Virus record (IMG/VR): IMGVR_UViG_3300036770_003093
Span: 1-64,000 of that record
Reading direction: 5' to 3' (one strand)
From: a virus
Taxonomy: Duplodnaviria > Caudoviricetes
DNA length: 64,000 bases
The translations under genes and the position numbers were made by a program. Shown in pieces: positions 30,201 to 38,400 of this stretch. The notes below the pieces were generated by a model that saw only the letters and a list, made by a program, of their open reading frames with translations, was not told the DNA's origin and made no database searches. How positions within the stretch are numbered: position 1 is the first letter of the stretch; every line of letters begins with the position of its first letter.

Positions 30201-30860
30201 CTGTATTCCTGAAACAAACTTTTTTAAACGCTCGCCGCCATAAGAAGATGTACCCGTAGGCACACTATCTGTATTTACCATTTCTTGAGCCATGCCCCGG
30301 GCCGCTTTCTTAAGTTGAGATGTAAACTTGTTGCGGCCACGCTTCTTGCTACCACCATACATGTACTCCTCATCATAATCTGCTGTAGCTGCTTCAACAG
30401 CAGCATCATACTCAGCTTCTTCTTCTAAACCAGCAATTTCATCTGGAGTAGGTGAAACTATAGGTTTTTGTGGACTAGCATACTCATCCTCTTCTTCATC
30501 GCCATACATAGATTCGCCTTGCTCATCAACCATTTGATCTTGTTGACGAGACTGCTGCATAGTATAGTACTCTTGTATTGTACCAACAATTTCTTGTAAA
30601 GCAGCTTGCTGATCCTCTTGACTCATAGATGAAACTTTCTCATATATGTCATTAGGATCTTGTTGAGTAATCTCAGAATACATTTGTATGTATTCGATGA
30701 GTTGTTCATTACCACCACCTTGTTGTTGCTGTTGTTGCTGTTGAGACCATGGTGTTCCACCAACTTGATAACGAAACGTGTTTACATTGTCATCAGTCTG
30801 CATGTTGCCATAAAAAGCATAATCATATAGGTTGGCGCCGGGAGTATATTCTGGTAGCAT
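27264..30860 (-). CDS. multidomain cargo protein with L,D-transpeptidase (YkuD)-like and DUF3597-like domains
   Basis: VIVDKATG...FPVLTG...TPTGTY...AMH...SYGCTN follows the YkuD pattern. STLYDIVKSKGYDPSFESRKK...YTGTYEQNAQL resembles DUF3597. PolyQ and acidic N-terminus. Confidence 0.65.
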   Translation of the reverse strand: MLPEYTPGANLYDYAFYGNMQTDDNVNTFRYQVGGTPWSQQQQQQQQGGGNEQLIEYIQMYSEITQQDPNDIYEKVSSMSQEDQQAALQEIVGTIQEYYTMQQSRQQDQMVDEQGESMYGDEEEDEYASPQKPIVSPTPDEIAGLEEEAEYDAAVEAATADYDEEYMYGGSKKRGRNKFTSQLKKAARGMAQEMVNTDSVPTGTSSYGGERLKKFVSGIQRNVANNMAEEAFNQSMDYFEQPEMMRYGGLPRYEGSTDGSQTTGNTNTQTTQNITLTPEQFNQLLARQYSNQGYYPGNYGGYGGRGLGSLLHMFGAAPISNDWYMPRGYRMTNRSQKDLKDQLMLSGKIPLEASYLSNVEATKGFLGNIYNPRKVSMTFSRALPQINAPGSSTSTSVTPAENAPSSWNQDIRVNTNPSDITIPPVTIGSGTQTSSSPANPAAAQSSGSNTSAQNNTSAAIGVPPLLDPKNVSTTQPFSFNTNYLRTTADPQTVDISGVGPIDLSNQDEIDALNIREENILQRSYNNNSSIQKTGYKNPKLFQKGGSTLYDIVKSKGYDPSFESRKKIFQDYFDEPYTGTYEQNAQLRNKLLSGDIQLINKKPNQTASAEPVKKQPVQKSKIPSTIAANNQVVKDFAAGTNEMFKGPGYYGKQVSTNTKQKVTVSKEVQQAKKQNIKEINKVKVETPPLLKRRSFDVRDAVDNSLFGRGEGYYEDDLRNTLESGVIVDKATGTINFVREGKIDQKFPVLTGLAGKNYETDPNVNPYKVPYLRNNPAARSTPTGTYKMKYDKSIYGWPGYLQQPIAAFGKKAPIATTPLAMHIVYGAGAKPGYTWDPSQGKGAKPYYNPEEYQSRLERFSQPDNRFGSYGCTNFEPYSLECLTERFGTEGDTAVYIDSRNPEDKRFIEKFPVAPPLKNRQKGGQLYLYRTGGLPTFQNTGEYVVPKQVKDYVTSLVQEGYNNPSLYSRENPQGQNNIRTTSRFIAEENIPGSIMLPGQIGPLNEGQSQMEDFVGRSRYPETVNISGKTFGDINPMEEFDTSLLDQQRKTVNLPTKSLQEVTAEAGANPSMKTLKADFVKNPLSASQWADIAYSGTNLVTNLKNRADQELAQAQMLERETDPINYTPSTFANFDGGIEANLGDTARNYTSFMGQRQQFSPGVTSGFGKFGGVLKYGGTYEMDLSPEEIAYIQQMGGTIEYI

Positions 30861-30887
30861 AATGTATGTATTACAGTTAAAATACGA

Positions 30888-33800
30888 TTATTTTTTGGAT
30901 TTAGAAAATCTGCGGGGTTGTTGTTGGGTTATGAAGTTTAGTACTGGGTCTGTTTGTAAAGGACCGCCGTCATCAAATCTATATTTAATTCCCGCATTGA
31001 TCATTGGTCTATTATCAAACATGTTGGCGCCGATATATGCACTACCTCTATTACCAACAGATTGTTCTATACCAAAACCAGGGTTAATAAAAGAACCATA
31101 ACCAGGTTCAAAAGCAAACTGATTACTTAAATATGGAGAAGTACCTGTGGGTAAATCATAACTTAAACCAACATCACCATATACACCAGTTCCAGATTCA
31201 CCTGGATATGTTCTTATCATACCATAAGGGTTTAATTTTGATCCACCACGTTGATAACTTTCTGGTTGTTGATTCATTAGTTGATTTGCTCCCACAGCTC
31301 CTGCTGCTCCTGTACCTATAGCATAAGGTGCTATTGCAGGAGCGTTGTTTATAATTTCTAAAAGTTTATTTTTATCTTTTATCTTCCAAGGAAGATCATA
31401 TCCATCCGATATTAAATGTAAATTATCTTCCATTGTTTTTAAATCAATAGTTTGTCCTGGCTTTAATCCCAATTTATTTCTAAATCTAAAAATTTCAGGA
31501 TATGCTTCAGAAGGTATTAATCTAACAGCATCTGTAAAATCATTCCACAATCTATGTAATATAGGATTATTTGTACCTAAAAGTAATTTTGTTTTATGAA
31601 TACCTTCATGTACCCCAATATCTTCTGTAGCATTTAAAGGAATAGACGCTTGATCAAATGGTTTTACATATACTCCACCTGGTTGATTTTGTCCCCATAA
31701 ATAATTACTTTTAATAGGGTTTTCTAAACTATTTAAAACATCTTCCCATTCAGCCTCTGTACCTCCATAATCTATAAACTTTTTCTTTGTTTCTGGGTTA
31801 TAAAACCAATCTTCTAGCCATTTATCAGCAGCTCTTGAAGTTTGAGTTCTTTGGTACGGTGCTGAATAAAATGAAGGTGTTTCAAATTTAGGGAGCACGT
31901 TTATATTTTCTTCTTGTTCAAAGTATTGAGATGGTTTTATATTTGATGGATTAGTATTTAATTCTACTGACTTATTAGGAACATTTACTTTAGGTTGTTC
32001 TGTACCCCTAAGACCATCTACAAAATCTTTTAGTGAATTACTATTTCCTGTTTTAGATGGTTTAACATCATGAACATGCATTTTTCCAGCTATATCTTCT
32101 ACTAAAGCCCTTTCATAATTTTTTTTATTTCCTTTTCCAAACTTATTAAGCATATCCATTTCATCAAAATCTAATATCATATTGTTATGATATTTTAATC
32201 GTACATCGTGTACATCTAAACCTTTTTCCAGAATTTTATTATAATCTCCTAAACCTCTACCTACATTATCTACAACAGAAACTGCATTAGGCGAACCTGG
32301 TATTTGTCTTGGTACTTCTACTTGTGGATATCCTTTCCACCAGTGAGGTGTATTAAAAGCTTTATCTTGTTGTATAAGTTGTTGCAAATCATTTGTACTA
32401 AAGACTTCAGCCTGGTTTAATTTATCTTTTGGTACAATAAATTCTGTATCATAGTTTAAACTAGCTTTTTGAGCTTCAGGAAAATTTTTTAAATTGTACG
32501 CCATACCTTCTTTTTTAGGTACTTTTAGTCTAAGTATGTTACCCTCATCTCCATCTAATCTACCCTCCATATAAAAATTCATTCTGCTAGGGTTTTTATC
32601 AAACCATTGACCATGATACTCATCAAGTGCTTTTCTAAAAGGCTCAGGTTCGTATTTTATTCGATTAAGTTTTCCTTGTAAATGATATGGTACTTTTTCT
32701 CCTTTTAGTATTTTATCTGCTATTAAATCTTCTAAAAATTGTTGTTCTGTGTAACCAGCAACAAAATCTTTAGGTTGTGTTCTATAAAGAAACATTTCAG
32801 GATTTTCTTCTAAAGCTTTAGGATTTAATCTCCAAGCATTTCTTAAAGGAGTCTTTGTTGTAGCATATCTACCAGCTTGTCTTAATCCTTGTGCTCCTAA
32901 ATTGACAGCACCTTTTGCTAATGGTGCAGCCATTGCAATCACTGTACCATAATCTGACATAGCTTGGATTTCTTCAGGAGTAAACTCTCTACGCAAACCC
33001 ATCATTCCAGATACTGGACTAGAGCCAATTAATAACTGATCAACACCTGTAAGGAAATCATTTATACTTTCTGGATTTTGAGCAATTCTCATTATAGAAG
33101 GTACACCGGTGTACTCTGCAAGAGGCGTGGGATCATAACCACCAGGTTTGAAATAACTACTTGCCCGCACTGGAGCATTTCTTATTACACCACGATTTCT
33201 TTCATACTCTTCAGCAGCAGTTGCATTAATTTGTCTAGCTGCTTTTATTGGATCTGGTTTAGTAGCAACATTAGTTGAAGATCTCTCCGCGGCTTTTTGT
33301 TTAGGTTCAAAATCTCTAAGCTGAGGTTTAGCTTTTGGCTTCTCCCAATTATATCTACCAGTTAATGGATTAGGTTGAAACAGTTGAGGATTAAATTGAC
33401 CTAGCATTTGAGCTTTTGGTAAAGAACCGCCAATTTGATATGGAAAATATTTTCTTGGTATTCGTATACCTGCAAATTTTATAGGCTGGTAATTAGAATT
33501 AATAATATTACTTACACCTTCACCTATTTCTTTTCTAAACAATGTTTTTTCAGGAAGTGATAATGTTGAAAAATCTTTATTTGAATAATTAGGACTTAAA
33601 TACTCGGAAGGATTTACATCAAACCTAATATTCATGTTTGGATTATTTCTTATTTCTGGTGGAAGAGTTAACTCCCCTTGTAAATAATCATCTGATACTG
33701 TTACTGATTTAGGTTTACCAGACATACCTTTAGCAGCAGGACTCATAGATTTTTCTAAATTTCTAATTTGTCTTTCTGATAATCTGTTAACTAGTACATT

Positions 33801-35447
33801 ACCTGGTCCAGGTCTTGTTTGCGGATAAAAACCAAGTCCTGATAAAACGTCAATTTTTTGATTAGGATTAGAAAGACTGCTATTAAAAGTTGCTGGATCA
33901 TATCCATACCAAGAACCTTTTAATGCTTTTTGTTCATCTGTAAGATTTAAATTACCTGCTTTTAAAAAACCTGGAATTTCATCTGGTTGCCAACGAACAG
34001 CATTAGCATATTGAGGAAGTTTTCCTCTTGGTATACTATATGCCAAATCTTTACCATAATCAACTACACCTTTTGGAATAGTATTAACAGCTTGTTTCAT
34101 TCCTGCAGTAACAGGAGCTTTAAGTGCTGAACCTAATACTGTTGCTGTACCTACAGCATCTAATGTATTAAAAGCTCCTTCAACATCTTCTGCCCTAAAA
34201 GATCCTTCACCAGTTAGAGGATTAACACCTTGTGTAGCATATTGAATCCCACCTGCAGGATTCATCCTAGCAAATGCGCCAACTGTCATTCCTAAATCAA
34301 CAAGAGTATTACCAGCACCTTTTAAACTAGTAACTGGATTTTGAGCAAATCTAACTGTTCCTGGAATACCTGTTAACTCTGCAGCTCCTTTAACACCTAA
34401 TACAGCAGCTCTTGATAAATCATCTCTTAAACTTGTATACTGGGGTGTTATTTTAAATTCTGGTAATGTTCTAGCTCTAACAAAATCTTCAGGATCACCA
34501 GACAAACTAGTAGTTAGTGTTCCTTGATTATATGCTTGCTCATATTCTGGTGTACCATATTTTACCTCATTAGGATTTTCTGTTTGTAATCCTGGTTGAG
34601 CTTTAGGTAATGACCCACCTGATTTAAAGTTTTTTCTAAAAGCTCTAAATGGTAATTTGTCTTTACCATCAGGGTATTTATGAATATTACTTTTTACTAA
34701 AGGTTTATCTTTTGAACCATCTCCTACATATTCATCATCTCCTACATAAATTCCTAAATGTGTTGGTCTATCTTTTTCATAGTACTGAATAATATCACCA
34801 ACTTGAAGTTGTTCATTAGGAACAAGGGTAAATCCGTATTTTGAATAATTTTCAAGGAAATCTTTGTTGTTAAGAACATCTTCAGGAATACCTGAATTTA
34901 AATTTGCTTCTTTAAATATATCACATACACCTTTTACACAAGTGTTGTCATAATACTTTTTTTCACCAGGAATAAAAAAATCTGAAATCTTTTCTGTAAA
35001 ACCTGCAGCAGGTCTTGACACATCATATAATTCTTCAACTAGTCTTTTTGCTGTATTAGCTAATCTTATGTTTTCTGGAATTTTTTCATCTATAACTGTA
35101 TACTCAGGTAAATTTATAATAGGTGTTGATAAACCATTTTGAGCCATGGGTAACTCAAGTACATTTAGACCAGGAACCTTGGGCTCCTCAAGTATATATC
35201 GACCACGAAACTTATACTTTTTTCCTGGATACATCATTTGTGTGTATCCTGTTTCATCCTGGCCTAGCACTGGATAAGGAACGTCTTCCATAGTGATATT
35301 ACCATCATCTGTTGGCACCAACGTAGTCATAAATGGAAAATCCCATTGACCTCTTTCAGATACAATGATACCTTTTACCTTTTGAAACATTTCATTAGGG
35401 CCCCCAGGTAACCCTTGACGAGAAGATTTAGAATATGCTTTTTTCAT
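30888..35447 (-). CDS. polyvalent cargo protein: NlpC/P60-like peptidase, two ART-like domains, HExxH zincin, C-terminal beta-rich domain
   Basis: NTCVKGV...VGDIIQY...THLGIYVG (NlpC/P60 Cys-His); LYR...GQWF...ILRLKVP...EFIVP (ART-like); HEGIH at 31596-31610. Domains are separated by xxGGSLPKAQ linkers. Confidence 0.6.
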   Translation of the reverse strand: MKKAYSKSSRQGLPGGPNEMFQKVKGIIVSERGQWDFPFMTTLVPTDDGNITMEDVPYPVLGQDETGYTQMMYPGKKYKFRGRYILEEPKVPGLNVLELPMAQNGLSTPIINLPEYTVIDEKIPENIRLANTAKRLVEELYDVSRPAAGFTEKISDFFIPGEKKYYDNTCVKGVCDIFKEANLNSGIPEDVLNNKDFLENYSKYGFTLVPNEQLQVGDIIQYYEKDRPTHLGIYVGDDEYVGDGSKDKPLVKSNIHKYPDGKDKLPFRAFRKNFKSGGSLPKAQPGLQTENPNEVKYGTPEYEQAYNQGTLTTSLSGDPEDFVRARTLPEFKITPQYTSLRDDLSRAAVLGVKGAAELTGIPGTVRFAQNPVTSLKGAGNTLVDLGMTVGAFARMNPAGGIQYATQGVNPLTGEGSFRAEDVEGAFNTLDAVGTATVLGSALKAPVTAGMKQAVNTIPKGVVDYGKDLAYSIPRGKLPQYANAVRWQPDEIPGFLKAGNLNLTDEQKALKGSWYGYDPATFNSSLSNPNQKIDVLSGLGFYPQTRPGPGNVLVNRLSERQIRNLEKSMSPAAKGMSGKPKSVTVSDDYLQGELTLPPEIRNNPNMNIRFDVNPSEYLSPNYSNKDFSTLSLPEKTLFRKEIGEGVSNIINSNYQPIKFAGIRIPRKYFPYQIGGSLPKAQMLGQFNPQLFQPNPLTGRYNWEKPKAKPQLRDFEPKQKAAERSSTNVATKPDPIKAARQINATAAEEYERNRGVIRNAPVRASSYFKPGGYDPTPLAEYTGVPSIMRIAQNPESINDFLTGVDQLLIGSSPVSGMMGLRREFTPEEIQAMSDYGTVIAMAAPLAKGAVNLGAQGLRQAGRYATTKTPLRNAWRLNPKALEENPEMFLYRTQPKDFVAGYTEQQFLEDLIADKILKGEKVPYHLQGKLNRIKYEPEPFRKALDEYHGQWFDKNPSRMNFYMEGRLDGDEGNILRLKVPKKEGMAYNLKNFPEAQKASLNYDTEFIVPKDKLNQAEVFSTNDLQQLIQQDKAFNTPHWWKGYPQVEVPRQIPGSPNAVSVVDNVGRGLGDYNKILEKGLDVHDVRLKYHNNMILDFDEMDMLNKFGKGNKKNYERALVEDIAGKMHVHDVKPSKTGNSNSLKDFVDGLRGTEQPKVNVPNKSVELNTNPSNIKPSQYFEQEENINVLPKFETPSFYSAPYQRTQTSRAADKWLEDWFYNPETKKKFIDYGGTEAEWEDVLNSLENPIKSNYLWGQNQPGGVYVKPFDQASIPLNATEDIGVHEGIHKTKLLLGTNNPILHRLWNDFTDAVRLIPSEAYPEIFRFRNKLGLKPGQTIDLKTMEDNLHLISDGYDLPWKIKDKNKLLEIINNAPAIAPYAIGTGAAGAVGANQLMNQQPESYQRGGSKLNPYGMIRTYPGESGTGVYGDVGLSYDLPTGTSPYLSNQFAFEPGYGSFINPGFGIEQSVGNRGSAYIGANMFDNRPMINAGIKYRFDDGGPLQTDPVLNFITQQQPRRFSKSKK

Positions 35448-38400
35448 CGAGATGAGTATTGAAGCTTTTCATTAAACGATCTTAGAATCATGTTTACATT
35501 TCCAGAAACACGTCTTCTAAAAAGTACATAGTTAAGATAGTGTCTAAACTTCTTACGCTGAGTTTGAAGTTTATTATAGTTTAGATTGTTTGGATTCAAA
35601 TCTTTTAAATAACCATTTGGTTGTGTGTTCCAAATTTGCCTTTGAGCAATAGGGTTAAACTCGCCGCGATCATCCGTGATATCCCAGAACTGATTAAAAC
35701 GAATTTTCTGTTCTTCTTTAGCATAAAGAATATCTATGCTGCCGGGGTTAATAATTGGATATGCAAGGTTTGCTATACCGTTATTCTTAGACTGCAGATT
35801 TAAGCGTAACAAACCAGAAGTTTGTTCTGTATTCCAGATCACTGCCTCATCAAAGTTGTAGTCTAAAATCTGAAAATCATCAGTACAGTTATTAAGATTT
35901 CTTGCAACAAAGGATTCTACAGTATATTCAACACTACGCATTGTAAATACTTGTTGTCCTGTTGCTACCGGGATCTCAATTTCAAAAGGATAGTCTACAC
36001 CATAATAGTTACAGTATTGCGCGCAGGTATTGTTGTGTCGCCATATACCAGATCCTTTAATACTAGAGAAGTGATTTTTTGAAGGTAATAATAGATCAGG
36101 TTTCCAATCATGGAAACTTATCCACATCTCATTTTTAAGGTCATAACTAATTGTCCATGATGCATCTTCAAAGTAGTTAAAGAATGCCTGATCACCGATC
36201 TTTACACGGATTACTCTATCAACAACAAACTCGTTAGTAGACGCATCATATAAAACTCGTTTGGTTCCTTTGTATTGATCCTTTAGATAGAAATCTTTCT
36301 TGGTAATATAAAGTATGGTGTCTACGTTTTCGTAGATTGTTTGCATACCAATACCGGCCACAGGGTTATCAATTAGTTTGAAGTTTGGAAAGTCTTTTAG
36401 CAATTCATATTGCATGTATTTAAAGAACCACCATTTCAAACCTGATAGAGATATCTCTTTTAGTTGACCGGTATACTGATATACTTTACCTTGATTTTGA
36501 CTAGTCCAAAACAATCCACCAGGGGTACTTATTACAGAACGTATGTCTTGACAAGACGCATACTCAAATGAGTTCTCAGCATTTACAATTCTTTGTTCCG
36601 CTTGAGAAAATAGTGCACCGTCGCCTAAAGTAACCTTTGTACCAAGATCAGTTTTAAGTTCATCTACACCTTGAAATATTACCGGGCTAGCATCTCTAAA
36701 GAAAAAGATTGCGCCATTTTTACTAATACTCTTGATCCCAGTAATATAGTTACGATAATCTTTATAGTTATTAGCTAAATAGATTCTCCAGCTATCTCTT
36801 ATCTGCTCATCTTGCTGAGGTAGTGAATACAATATCCGGTATGGAAAATATTGATAACAAAGTTGTGATACCTGCGGATCATAATTACGAGCTTGTAATT
36901 CACCCCAGGATATAAAGTTGTTGAATAACCTACTTATACTAAAAGACTCATCGTATGCATAGAAGTTATCAAACGGTATAACATTTGGGTTTGCGTTGAA
37001 CATGGTTTCCAGATCATTGAAACCATATGGATCATAGAACTTGTCTTTATCTTCTAAACCTTGTTCTCTAAACTCAGATAAGCGTTCTGTCTCAACAAAG
37101 AAATCTCTTACACCAGAATTGAATAGATAAAAGCAAGCATCAACATTATCAAAAACATTATTCTCATTATCTAAGTCATAAAAGTCTTCAGGCAGAATAC
37201 CACTACCTGATGATGGACTTGGCAAACTACCTGTTAAAATAGAGTTCATCGCTGAATTTACAGCTCCAGATAAAGTAAACTGTTTACTATTAACCCAAAA
37301 TCTAGGTTTTGTCAACATCCTATATGTATAGTAGTTGTATTCAAACCCATCAGGTTGACCATACAACCAATCATTAAAATAAAAGAATGTTGTCTTTTCA
37401 GTGTATCTCTGTATGTATGTGTCTCCACCAAAATATAAACATTGCGGCGCCGTAGTGCTATTAAGATTTAAACCAGAAGGTATAACTCTCTTAGTATAAG
37501 TTTTACCATTAACAGTAAAGCTAGATTGTATAAGAGTAGAGAAATCAATTTTCTGTTCGCAGTCTGTAATAGGAATTTGTTTAATACTATCTAGCTGACC
37601 ATACTGATTTTGTATTCTTACTTTAATACCACCATACCATGATGAGATATTTCTTTCAAACTCTTGTCTTGGATCTGAATAACTTGCTGGTTTAGCTAAA
37701 CTGTCATCTAGATTTGGTGGTAATAATAAGATTGTACTCTGATTATTAAGTGTAGTTTTTATACCAACAAAAGTATTTCGCTTAATATTATTGATTTTAA
37801 AATCCTCATCAAAAGTTATAAGCCCCGGTCTAATATATGCGTTTCTATCAATTTCTCTAGTTATGTTGTTAATAATTGGTCTTGCAGAATTTGAATAAAA
37901 ACCGTGGGCAATACTTTGAAGCGCATATTGAGCAAAAGGTGTAAATGCATAAATAGCACGCATTGCTGTTTCAGCACCTTCTGTAAAGAAATTAATAAAA
38001 TTAAAAAAAGGAAATAACGCATCAACAGCACCTAATGGAAGACCGTCATATGGTGTAGACTCATAAGTTTCTCTATACTCACCTGTTAAAAAACCTGGTA
38101 GAGTTTTTGCAAAACTATCATCTGCTGCTTGTGTTGCTTGCGATGTTGATGATTGACCACCAGGAAGTGCCGCTTGGCCTATTGCCGAAATACTACTTGC
38201 TGAAGTGCTACCTGCTGTAGATTGAAACGCGCTTGTAACATGTGCTCCTGGAATTGGAAAAAATGGAAAAAATGTTCCAGGAAGAGTTGTACCATTTAAT
38301 GTAGGTGGAAAAGCTATATTAAGACCCCTTGGTGAAGAATAACTTCTTTGCTTTTTACCATTAAGTTTAATGATACCATAAGCGGCACCTGCTATTACAG

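Noticed and set aside
30720-30745. PolyQ (CAA/CAG) tract as a contingency locus
   Set aside because: Short, mixed-codon and in-frame; best read as low-complexity linker.
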